Below, one piece after another: positions 24,797 through 36,539 of a stretch of 64,000 bases of DNA. The notes beneath the pieces are model-generated. The model was not told the origin of the DNA. It ran no database searches and saw only the letters and a list, made by a program, of their open reading frames with translations. Within the stretch, counting starts at the first letter, position 1. Every line of letters starts with the position of its first letter. A program made the translations under genes and the position numbers. Source of the stretch: Eledone cirrhosa (taxonomy: Eukaryota); assembly GCA_964016885.1 (NCBI GenBank), contig OZ024740.1, positions 387,624,001 to 387,688,000 of the forward strand, given 5' to 3'.

Positions 24797-26098
24797 GTGG
24801 TTAAGGATTTCGAAGTTGATGTCATCCTCAATGCCCGAAAGGCGGTGATTAATTTCGACGACTCTATTTGGATTAAAAAATCCAATAGTACCCCATTCGA
24901 CGTGAGTATGGGCGCCAGTGATTCTGCGGAGGTTACTGATCTTATCGGCCTTTTCCTTCTTTTCTCTATCAAGGACGAATTCCCCAACGCGGGCGGTGGT
25001 TTGTACCGTGACGATGGTCTTTTGACCATGAGTAAGTGCGGACCTCGTGCTTGCGACAGGTTCAGAAAAGAACTCACAGCCTTCTTTAAAGGCTTCAATC
25101 TCTCTATACAGGTTGAGGCCAATCTCTCGGTCGTTAATTACCTCGACGTTACCCTCAACTTATTGAATAGGTTGTATTACCCGTATAGAAAGCCGAATGA
25201 TACGCTTAATTACATAAGTAAGCATTCCAACCATCCTGCCAGCATAACCAAGAACCTGGTAAGAAACGTTTCGTTGAGGCTTTCCCGTCTTTCCACCAAC
25301 GAGCGTATTTTCAACGACCATTCCACTTATTACAATGAAGCTCTTGCTCGAAGTGGATTTGTCGATAAGGTAGCATATACAGAGTACGAAAATAGACCTA
25401 GAAGAAATAGATCCCGTCGCATTTGTTGGTATAACCCACCATATAATATGGAGGTGGCCACGCCATTAGCTAATATCTTTCTTTCCCTTATTACGAAGCA
25501 TTTTCCCCCTACACATAAATATAGTAAAATTTTTAATAGAAATACTATTAAAATTTCTTACTCTACGACTCCTAACCTTGCACATAACATCACAGCTTCA
25601 AATTTAGCTAAACTACCTAGCCGTAGGAACACGTGCAACCCTGTAGTTAGTACTAACTGTAATTGTAGGAATCGGGTTGATTGCCCCCTATCCGGGAAAT
25701 GCCTCTCTAGTAACATTGTCTACAAATGTAAGGTTGTAACACCCACGTCCCGTAGGGCCTACATAGGGTTAACCGCCTATAGATTCAAGCAGCGTCTTTA
25801 CATGCATACCCATTCTTTTCGTTACCCTCTAAGAAGGAATATGACGTCACTTTCAGCTTATATCTGGAGTCTAAAAGACAACCACACCCAATATAAGTTA
25901 CACTGGGAGATCCTAGCTAGGGCTAGATCGTATAACGGAAATAAAAGACCATGTGACCTCTACGCCGCTGAGGCCCTGGAAATACTCTACGCCACAGACC
26001 ACATCTTAAACAAAAAATCTGAGGCAATTTCGGCTTGTAAACATAAATTGCACAAAACTTTCCTGTATTACAGCCCCACGTTATACCCTAACGGATAG
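24797..26098 (+). CDS. PLE reverse transcriptase (C-terminal part) plus GIY-YIG endonuclease, 5'-truncated
   Basis: FDVSMGASDSAEV, GLYRDDGL, YLDVTL, WYNPPY, CNCR..CPL..KC, NIVY...YIGLT...FKQR and LNKKSE...CKH; RT motif [10 protein letters not shown] lies upstream in another frame (24682-24800). Confidence 0.9.
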   Translation: MVKDFEVDVILNARKAVINFDDSIWIKKSNSTPFDVSMGASDSAEVTDLIGLFLLFSIKDEFPNAGGGLYRDDGLLTMSKCGPRACDRFRKELTAFFKGFNLSIQVEANLSVVNYLDVTLNLLNRLYYPYRKPNDTLNYISKHSNHPASITKNLVRNVSLRLSRLSTNERIFNDHSTYYNEALARSGFVDKVAYTEYENRPRRNRSRRICWYNPPYNMEVATPLANIFLSLITKHFPPTHKYSKIFNRNTIKISYSTTPNLAHNITASNLAKLPSRRNTCNPVVSTNCNCRNRVDCPLSGKCLSSNIVYKCKVVTPTSRRAYIGLTAYRFKQRLYMHTHSFRYPLRRNMTSLSAYIWSLKDNHTQYKLHWEILARARSYNGNKRPCDLYAAEALEILYATDHILNKKSEAISACKHKLHKTFLYYSPTLYPNG

Positions 26099-27031
26099 TA
26101 CGATCTATACGTGGATATTTTACGTCTCGATGTGGGAGCTAAGTATATGTTTTGTTTATACCTTTACTTATTTGCATAGGTAAGTATATATTATCCGTAT
26201 GTTTTGTGAAGGTACGTATACCTTCTCATACGTATATTTGATTGTTATGGCGTATACTTTTTTTATATATTCTGGTACATATGGTTCGGCTATGTGTATA
26301 CGGGAGTTTTGCGTCTGTGTGAGTATGCAGGTTCGTACGTATGTAGGGCGTGTGTATATGTGTACTTCATGTTTTGGTTGACTTACGTCTCCAAACATTC
26401 GTGTATTTACATGTAGGTATGTGTGTGCGCTTGTTATATACGTATTTATTTATTTATATACGTTTATATAATTATTTATTTATTTGTATACACGCTTACA
26501 CACACACACACATAATTATATGTGCGTGGTTTTGTTTACCTATGGTAAGTTTTTGCGTATGCTTGTGTATGTACGTTTTTGTTTGCGTGTATGTATTTAT
26601 TTATTTCTATTACTTCTGTATTGTATTTATTTACTTTGTTCTTAACACCGTAGCGGAGATTCATTCGGTCTCCTTGTTTGAATTTAGTCTACGACTTCTG
26701 CTATGCCATTTACGTGGTTTTGTCTTTGCGTGCTATTGTTCTCCACGCTCCACATATGACGTATTATCTTCGTTTTTTTCGTTCATTGCCAGAGAACGTC
26801 TATATGCACCACCTAAGAGAACATTAGTCTACGACCTCCTTTATACCATAAACGTGGTTCTGTCTTTGCGCGTAATTGTTTTTCACCGCTCCTATTAATG
26901 ACGTATTATATTCGTTTTTTCCCGTTCTTAGCCAGCGAACGTTTCCACGAACCAAAGTATCGTCTTCCTGTCTTCCTCCGGTTGCAACGTTTTTTGAAAT
27001 TTCTAGTTCTGCGTTTACAGATTGACTTTGT

Positions 27032-27084
27032 TAGTTTCAGAAGATCCCGTTAAGGGTGAAAGCAGCGATTCTTTGCTTAAACTA
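27032..27084 (+). ncRNA. Type I hammerhead ribozyme with variant CAGAAGA core at the Naiad 3' end
   Basis: TAGTTT-CAGAAGA-T-CCC-GTTAA-GGG-T-GAAA-GCA-GCGATTCTT-TGC-TT-AAACTA: 6-bp stem I, all three stems pair, CUU triplet. Confidence 0.8.
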
Positions 27085-27094
27085 TAATCTGTTA

Positions 27095-27157
<63 letters not shown>

Positions 27158-27634
27158 ATAGATGAAGCAACAAACATAGAGGTATAAGGTCTGCGCTTTA
27201 TATAGTGAGAGTCTATATTTGATTAATCCGTGCACACGCACACACACACACACATATATATGCGTGTGTGATAGAATCTGTGTATATGTGTGTGTATGCG
27301 TGCGTGATAGAGTGTGTATATATATATGTGTGTGTGTGTGTGAATGTGTGTTTGGTTTTGCTTGTGTAGACAAGCGCACCTTAATTGATATCAAAACAGT
27401 AAGTAAATATCATTATTTCAATATAAGTTTAAAAGTAGAAACAATTATTTCAATATAAGTTTACAGTCTGAGTTCAAATCCCGCCGAGGTTAACTTTGCC
27501 TTTCATCCTTACGGGGTCGATAAAATAAAGTACCAGTAATGTACTGGGTAATTGCTGGCCTTGTACCAAAAGTAGAAACAATTATTTCAATATAAACATT
27601 TTTTACTCTGTTTTATACATTCTTAAGGTCTGAC

Positions 27635-27640
27635 TTTATT
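27635..27640 (-). promoter_or_regulatory. Candidate polyadenylation signal of the GPCR gene
   Basis: AATAAA on the minus strand about 210 nt after the stop codon; the hexamer is common in AT-rich DNA. Confidence 0.3.
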
Positions 27641-27849
27641 CCACGGATGTGTATGTTCGTATATGTAATATAACCTCACACTATGTTAATTTAGTAGTAT
27701 TGCATTTATATAAGCGTCAAAATAACAAAGATTACATACAATTATAAATTTGTTAAGAATGGAAGAGGATCTGTTTGGAATTGTTGAACAATGCAGGAAT
27801 ATCTATGTTTCAGATCATTGAGTTCAGTTATTGTAAATTAGAATGGCGT

Positions 27850-28155
27850 TTATAAAAACTGGTGCGCCTTGTTTTGTATGTCTCCGCTTTCTTTGCAACT
27901 TGGAAAACTTGTAATACTACTTTTCCCATTAGATTGCTCTACAAAGCATGCAGTTCCTGGAGGTGACTGTACACGGCTGCCTTGTTTCTTAAATTGCTTC
28001 TGATTCCTGATACGACTTCGAATAGACATCATAGCGACAACATCTGATTGTGACAGAAAAAGAGATGATGTCCGCGAACTTCTCCGGCGCATACTATGTT
28101 TCATACTTCTGCTTATCATGAACCTGCGCCATTTTTTCGCAATGACCGATTGTAC
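27850..28155 (-). CDS. Terminal coding exon of a class B1 (secretin-family) GPCR: helix 8 and C-tail
   Basis: Pyrimidine tract plus AAG acceptor, then phase-0 VQSVIAKKWRRF...; 102 codons including the stop; Ser/Arg-rich tail; joins the 51835-51876 exon in frame. Confidence 0.85.
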   Translation of the reverse strand, partial: VQSVIAKKWRRFMISRSMKHSMRRRSSRTSSLFLSQSDVVAMMSIRSRIRNQKQFKKQGSRVQSPPGTACFVEQSNGKSSITSFPSCKESGDIQNKAHQFL

Positions 28156-29225
28156 CTTTAACGATAGTAAAAAGGAGAAATTAGAAATGTACATTATATT
28201 TTTAATGAAAGGATTCTTCAGATTCAGAGAAACGAAATATATTGTGGTATTATTATCGACGCAAATAACTTTATTAGTGACGCAATCACTGTCTGGAATT
28301 ATTGAGGTTTTAGAATTTAATCATTTTTAATGCCACATTTTAAAATGTAATAATTAATTTCTTAATTAAACAAAATTCAAACATTGCATTAATTATATTT
28401 CCTGTTAAGTGTATATTATTCTGGAGAAAAGGGACAAATGAAAAAAGATATGAGTTGGCAGTTTTCGTTTCAATATCTTGAAAATTTGCAATAGTATTTG
28501 ACATCAAAATATTTCCTTTGAACACAAATGAAAATCAAATCGAATCGTTTCAAGTTTTATCAGTTCTATAAAAGGTTTTATTATATAAAATGTTGACTTG
28601 ATTACATGGCAATTGTGATACTAAATAAAATAATTGAAAATGCAAAAGGAAACTTAAATTCAAATGGGATCAAATATATCATTTATATGAATATCACTAT
28701 TTTAAATTCATTTACCCACGTGATGCAGGTCATGCTTTGGTCCTGAAAATGTTTGATTACATTTATTTAGATGTCTGACTGAGCTGTATTTGTGGTTGTT
28801 TAAAAAACGCAAATTGAATTAATATGCCCGCTGTTAAGGCCTTTGAATAATGCATTACATTAAAATCACAGAATCAAGATGGAAGTTAGTTATAACTAAC
28901 CACACATAGCTATCATTAACGTAAATGTAACTAATATGATATATAGAATCGCTGCGTTTCAAGCCAGTACGACCTCGCCTTTTTAGCCTGAAGGTTTAAG
29001 CTTCTGTGCGAAACATTGCTGACTTTTATCCTGTTATCTGGGAGGACTGTTAACTGCAGACATCGAGACGACTAGTGCCGAGATTAATGGTACGACGAAT
29101 TTCAATCTTACACCGAGGAATTAAAAAGAGGAATCAAACAAACACTATAACACATGCAGGTTGCATACACACACCTGCATACAAAAGTGTGTGCACTCAA
29201 GTGATCTGTATAAGTGACATTATGA

Positions 29226-29280
<55 letters not shown>

Positions 29281-29312
29281 ATATATTATATATATATTAT
29301 ATATATATATAT

Positions 29313-29348
<36 letters not shown>

Positions 29349-29773
29349 AAATATAGAGGTTTACATATACATAAACTAGACAGAGACATTGATATATATA
29401 TATGTTTTTGCCAACCATTCACGGTGTGGCTCAATGACGAATTAATTAATTAAATAATCAACAATCAGCGCAATATATAAGAAAGTAAGTCCATAGAATC
29501 ATTTGATAAAATATATACAGTATTTCTTCTCCCAATCACCATAATCAACCACATAAAAAATCAATTAAACGAGGCTATAAGTTTAAAATGTACCTATGAA
29601 GAAACAATAGATAAATAAATGATAGCTATTTTATCCGTGATCCACAGCCACAGAAGATTTACTTAGTATTTCTAATAGCCTGTAGAAATTGACTAGACAT
29701 ATAGTTAACCATACACAATTAGGTACAAAATCAAAGTTAGAAGAAAAAAATGTACATAAACATACCAAAATCA

Positions 29774-29862
29774 TGTTTCTACCCGCGGAGGTTTCATTCA
29801 TTCGGTTTTTGGAAATATCCGATCATGGGTAAATCAACGAGTTTCGAAATCATCAGGAAACA
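29774..29862 (-). ncRNA. Type I hammerhead ribozyme with extended stem II, sense to the GPCR intron
   Basis: Minus strand TGTTTC-CTGATGA-T-TTCG...TGAA-T-GAAA-CC-TCCGCG-GG-TA-GAAACA; 6-bp stem I, GUA triplet. Confidence 0.82.
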
Positions 29863-29979
29863 AACTCAATTGGACAAAGAATTTTCTTAAATGATCCCCG
29901 CCAGAAACGAATTTAAAATGGCTAAGAATTGTCACATGGCCATATATATATGAATGTATATATATATATATATATATGA

Positions 29980-30104
<125 letters not shown>

Positions 30105-30458
30105 TACCATTTCTTTGTTTATTTTTTATATATGAATATTGATTGTTCCTTATATCTCATTCTGTTATTTTGCCCGAGAAAATATCTGTGTGTGTCATCA
30201 AATGTTGTACACACATAGATATTGTTTCAATTTCCAATTGAGTTCTTAGCACGTGGCCTGAATTCCTTTCAGAGTTCATTGTCACGCGCATGTATTGTTT
30301 TTTTTTGGCGGTAATTCACTTCCTCATTTTTTGAATCAGTTCGAGCACTTCTTTCAGAACTGCTGGACTGGCAACCTGACAGATACCTCAGGCACAGAAA
30401 GTGATTATCGCTAAATGCTGATGTTGGTTAGATTATCAATATTAGTATTATTGGGGCA

Positions 30459-30585
30459 CCCACTGATGAATTATAGGAGCCCACTTGAATATATATCTAT
30501 TGATGGTATACAAGCTCCTACATAAATTGGTATAATTTCACCCAAATTGTAGGAATCTTATAATGAAACGAGACGTCCGTCTGGG
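30459..30585 (+). ncRNA. Type I hammerhead ribozyme with an approximately 80-nt branched stem II insert
   Basis: CCCA-CTGATGA-ATTATAG...TTATAAT-GAAA-CG-AGACGTC-CG-TC-TGGG; GUC triplet. Confidence 0.8.
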
Positions 30586-30752
30586 AAGAGATATATTAGA
30601 TATGTCTCATTTGAAATAATACAGCCAATTTTCCACGCAATACTTTTAGTTAGCACCCCGAACACATAATTGGGAATATAATCACTTATTTCCTAATGTT
30701 TGTTGAGTGAGTTGGAATTTGGCCGGAGTATCGCTAAAAAGCTTTCTCCGAT

Positions 30753-30911
<159 letters not shown>

Positions 30912-30935
30912 GTATATATATATATATATATATAA

Positions 30936-30994
<59 letters not shown>

Positions 30995-31024
30995 TAAATG
31001 TATATATATATATATATATAAATG

Positions 31025-31059
<35 letters not shown>

Positions 31060-31348
31060 ATGTATATATATATGTATATATATATATATATATGTATATG
31101 TATATATATATGTATATATATATGTATATGTATATATATATGTATATGTATATATATATGTATATGTATATATATGTATATGTATATATATATGTATATA
31201 TATGTATATATATATATATATGCATATATATGTATATATATATATATGCATATATATGTATATATATATATATATATATATGCATATATATGTATATATA
31301 TATATATATGCATATATATGCATATATATGTATATATATATATGCATA

Positions 31349-31387
<39 letters not shown>

Positions 31388-31409
31388 GTATATATATATG
31401 TGTATATAT

Positions 31410-33204
31410 GTAGAAACATCTCCCTCCGCATATCTCGTTTGTCAGCTACTGAGCAGATATTCGACGAACATGCGCCTCATTACAACCAGGCCCTCAAGCG
31501 GAGTGGCTTCCGGGAGGAAATATCCTTTTATCCATCTTCCCTTAGCGGAACCAGCAGGTGATGCCGCCGCTCACGCCACATAACGTGGTTCAATCCTCCC
31601 CACAATGCCGAGGTGGCAACACCTATCGGGAAAATCTTTAGGCTCCTCGAAAAACACTTTCCACCACAACACCGCTACCACAACACCGCTACCACAACAT
31701 AATCAACAAAAACACTATCAAGCTATCCTACAGCACCACACCTAACTTCGCACAAAACATCGTCTCCTAAAACAACAAAAAACACAACCCCTATGGAAGA
31801 AACAACCTAGAAATTAGTGGAGAGCCGACCTGGAGGTGTAACTGCCCTGATAGATCTACGAGCCCCCTCAATAACAGATGCTGAGAACGTAACATGATTT
31901 ACCAATGCAACGTGAGAACGGACACCTCCAACAAAGCTTATATATGATTAACCGCTTGTGACTTTAAGACCCGGCTCTACCAATACCGACATATGTTCCG
32001 AAACCCGGTCGGGCGACATACCACCACACTTTCGGGCCATATCTGGGAGCTCCAAGATAATAATATAACTTACCATCTTACTTGGAGCTTACTGTCCAGA
32101 GCTAACTCTTACACGGGAGGACGCCGTCCATGTAACTTATGCTCGGAGGAATCATTACAAATGCTGTTTACGAAGGATCAACTCCTAAACAAAAAAGATG
32201 AACTGGTAACTGCATGCAAACACAGATTGCGGCAGACTTACCTCGCCCTCAAACCCCCTAACGATCCGGATGGGTAGACAAGGGCCGAAACACCCCCTTT
32301 TCTTTTCCTCTATGTTTTCTTCTTCCCTTTGTCTCCTCCTCTCACTTCTTCCAACCATCGAACTTCTTCCTCGTTCGTTCCTTTATTTTTTTTTGTTTTT
32401 TCCCCCTTTCGCCTACCCCGAGGCAGCCCATCAGGCACCTTTAGCCTCAGTACCCCCATCCCAGTAACTTACAGATAGCATTCGCCAATTACGCTATACT
32501 AACTAATCATAGCAGCTGTGTTAGACCCCAGAGATGTGGTATTAATTTTTAATACCCAATTCTAAATTTTTCAATAATTTTCATCTAGCAACTTATTCTA
32601 TAGCATTGGCCGAAAAAGCAGCACCAACTAAATATAGCAGTTGTGTTAGACTCCTTATTTCACTTCTCACTTTCCAATCTTACATTCTGATATATCTGTC
32701 TCTCATTTTTTATTATATTCTTTTTTTATTATATTTTTTCTTTGTCTCCTAATTCTCATTTGATTTACCTTTTCTATAACGTCCTTCCTCCATTTTCTAA
32801 AGAAACCTTTTTTCGCCTACTTTCATACACATTCCTTAGAATTTGCGTGTAGATTTCACCTTCAACGCTTGACCGGTTCTACCCACTCCCCTATTGTTCT
32901 ACAGGCAAGTTCAGCCACCCCACCCCGCACCCACTGCCTTGATAGACTTTTCTGTGTCTGCTATAAATTTTGACCAATCCTCTTGACAACTACAATCTTC
33001 CCATATAAGGAAGTACCCCTTGAAAAGTTCGGCTATTTATTTACCAGACTAAAAAAACTCTTACTTTAGTCCAGAAATAGCCGTAGAAACGGCTTGAGCT
33101 CTGCCGTCGGGGTCATACTTTCTCCTATTACCCACTCTACTACCCTAAGTATTGAGTACTCTGGTGCGTTATAGTCCATCTGGTTCCTTACCACAACTCC
33201 TTCG

Positions 33205-33205
<1 letters not shown>
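31410..33205 (+). mobile_element. 5'-truncated, pseudogenised Naiad-type PLE (copy 2, different family) in (TA)n
   Basis: [12 protein letters not shown]...WFNPP...NTIKLSYSTTPN...MIY...YI*LT...CNLCSEE...LNKKDE...CKH to the stop at 32277, with frameshifts and stops; about 0.9-kb 3' UTR ending in the family T terminus. Confidence 0.9.
33068..33120 (+). ncRNA. Hammerhead-shaped motif with non-canonical core (family T)
   Basis: AGTC-CAGAAA-T-AGCCGT-AGAA-ACGGCT-T-GAG-CTCTG-CCGT-CGGGG-TC-ATACT; multi-copy and located at the PLE terminus. Confidence 0.5.
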
Positions 33206-33258
<53 letters not shown>

Positions 33259-36200
33259 GTAGGAAATACTGGCTATCTCAAATAACGGAAATTGTGAGTA
33301 CTTTAACATTTTCATATGTTTGGTACACACACGCATTCGCACGCTCTCACATGCATACACACACATATATACGCATACATACACACACACACACACCATA
33401 CATATGTACATAGTATAGGAATTTTATCATATTTATATTTAGATGTCTTATATTTAGATAATATCTACACAGTTCATATGTTTAAGCAACCGTCGATAAT
33501 CTGTGAGCAGCTTAAATTATTTCTTTATACAATTTTATAGTTAATATGTTCCCATGGCAATAATTCTAAACCTGATGTTTAAAAAGACTTAGTAGAATGT
33601 CAGAAAAGTGGTGCCTCGAGTCTCCATGTCTGGATCAGATTATGGTCGAAAATGTGCATGTCTACGAATAATTTGAAAAGAGAAGATACTTATAAAATAT
33701 ACTGAGTGAGTTAAAATTGTTGGGGACAGATCTCAGTAACTCCAGCTCGACGTTCTGTTTCTGTAGAATTATAAATTTGCAAATGAACAATAACTGACGT
33801 TTTATGTAGATTAAAGTGTTTATTTGCAGATGTCAATACACGCTTAAGTGATTTTGAGACTCATTTGTATGGAACAAACAAAACCCTTGATGTTATATTT
33901 AGAATCATACTACAAGTTGTGCAAAAAGTTATCGAAAATGTTACTTTTAAAGTTAAAAAAACCCACATCCTGAGCACCCCCCCCCACACACCTAGATATT
34001 CAAAGCGTTCAAAAGCAATTATTAGGCATCATTTAGTCAACTATTGTACAATTGTCATTAAGATTATTTGAAGATATTGTGGAATTCCTTAATTGCCAAT
34101 AGACTAGCAGAACGTTGAAATGTTGCAGTGAATAAAGCTGCTCAATTTGTATTGTTGAGAGCTTAAGTAGGAAACATTGATAGAGATATGTTAATGATAG
34201 GAATAGCGCAGTAAACGACGTTCTGAAAGTGTGGAACAATAATTCTGAACCTTTGACCTATCTGAAAACCACATAGCAGCAATATTATAGTGTTATTTAC
34301 CAAGATACTCATGTGTATCATTATTTTTCCGGTGGTAGAATCGTTAAAGATTCACTCAACATGTTCTGTGTTCAATTCCCGTCGAGGTCAGCTTTGCTTT
34401 TCAACCTTCCAGGGTTCAATAAATAACGTACTAATCATGTACCGGAATCGTTTTAACAGACTTCCGCCACCGCAAAATTACTGACTTTGTGCTTAATGAA
34501 GAAATCAGTATTTTTAATGAGAAACCTTTTTATGTCTAATTATACGAATACATACTGCGTGTATAGCATTCAAAACAACCTTAATAAAAATTCATACTGA
34601 GAATAAAGTGTTTAAATTCTTCCTATTTTTTTGCTATATAAATATACGCAAGTTTGGTTCCTCATTATTAAACTGCAACAACAATTAAGAATAATGGCAA
34701 TTGTAAATCGTCTTTCTAAAACATTGAAATTAATCATATTTTTAATGTTACTTGTAATCTAGAATACGATCTATAAATTGGTACACTTTCTTTTTTAATG
34801 ACTTTGACATGTATTTATTTAAACATATCTTCTAACTTATTTTAATGCATCTGGTGTATATTTGCATACATTAAAACAACAAAAACAAAAAACAAAAAAA
34901 CAAAAAGAAACACAAAAGAAGGATCAGCTGTTCTTTCTAAAGAATATTCAGAAGTGATTTATTGTCTAAATGCCTTCAAGAATTTCTACCTTAAGAAGGT
35001 TTATGCTCATACAGCATACATTAAGTTGTAGAATGTAAATATATGAATTATAATCTTACACTCGACCACGCAGGGAAATTGTTTAGTAGAATATCGCAAA
35101 CGCAGGGACAGACGCTCAAATATTTCACCATTGATGGCACTTTACAAAACATTGAAATATTGGAGACCGTCATCGTGAGGAAAGATAGAGAGAGGCGATG
35201 TTCAGGGTGAAGAGAAGACGAGGAATCTCAGGAGAAGAAGGGGAAAGAGTCGAAACTTCGAAGAGCATGATTTATGTCATGGCTGTGGGAGAGGAGGTCG
35301 GAGAATAAGAGGGCGAGGAGGGTCACTATGTGTTGATAGATAATTTCAGTGGGGCAGTTGCCAGGAAAACTAAATGGACGGCGAAGTGTATGTATCTTGG
35401 AGAGGAAGTAGATATTGGGAGTGCGAAGTGTGCGTACTATAAGATTTGTGGCAGTGGTGGTAGGAGAGAGGAGGAGATAGGTTGGTGAACAGTGAAGGAT
35501 ATAAGCTGTTAGTAGCCGGGGTGGGGTGGGGGATCAGAAGATAAAGGGTGATAAAAAGGGTGTTGTGAAACTGGTGAAAGGCTTCAGTCTTGCGTAAGTA
35601 TACACCGCGTACTTTCACTATTATAAGTATATATTGCATTATCCACATGTCAAGATTTCCCTTAAAAAAAAAAAAAAAAGATCGCTAACATCAAAATTGG
35701 AAAAATGGAGAACAATCAAATTCCTCCTCTTTGCCAACTGCATTTTCTTCTCCATGGATTCCCATAACTTCTAATAATTTAGAGATACAATAAGTCCATA
35801 TATTGTGATATTGGGTATATATAAACCGAAATCCTATAAGTGAAATAAGTTTCAGGTCACTATACGCAGTCCAACAGAGCAACTTTTACTTGATAAATCT
35901 TAACGGAAGTATCATGCATTGTTACTCTCTGCGCTACAGATATTAAATGCTCTTTGTAGCCATTCTGAAGCAAAGAATATTCATGACATAAATTATAGGG
36001 ATTAATCTTAAATATCACATTGGTGAATAATATCTACTGTTTAGCTCCTTCATTAGTCCAATGACATTAGTCAAAATTCAAAACCATTGCTGTCTTCCAC
36101 TTGCTTTACCAAAATCGATTTTTGGTAATCGATAGTTAATTACTTAAATCGATTGTACGCTTCGATTTTTTGGATTTTGAGACAGTACTGTAAAGAAGAG

Positions 36201-36303
36201 ATGATTTTTTCCACCTTGAAGTATGTATATTTTCTTGAATATTATTTGGTTTATATGTGTACAAAACAATATCTGTTTCTAAAACTATATATGATTCTTC
36301 CCC

Positions 36304-36336
<33 letters not shown>

Positions 36337-36493
36337 CATACACACACACACGCATATATATATATATATATATATCCATACACATATATATCTTTTAAAT
36401 TTGAAGCAGTGATGATCTGAACCAAGGTCCATTGAGCTTATTTATTGAGAAAACTGATCATCATACATATTAAATATGTATTGATATCTCAAC

Positions 36494-36539
<46 letters not shown>

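Larger units (their letters stand above)
24680..27099 (+). mobile_element. 5'-truncated Naiad-type Penelope-like retroelement (copy 1) inserted in (TA)n
   Basis: RT and GIY-YIG coding region, about 1-kb 3' UTR, terminal HHR; TA tracts on both sides. Confidence 0.9.

Noticed and set aside
26350-26898. 182-aa hydrophobic ORF downstream of the Naiad ORF
   Set aside because: Low-complexity TG/T-rich 3' UTR with no recognisable domain.
28715-28741. 27-nt AG/GT-bounded microexon (DQSMTCITW, minus strand)
   Set aside because: It would interrupt the conserved NGE-VQ junction, and such sites arise by chance.
31882-31947. In-frame TGA codons in Naiad copy 2 as selenocysteine
   Set aside because: They align to Leu and to the Gly of YIG in copy 1, not to Cys, and the copy also has frameshifts; ordinary decay.
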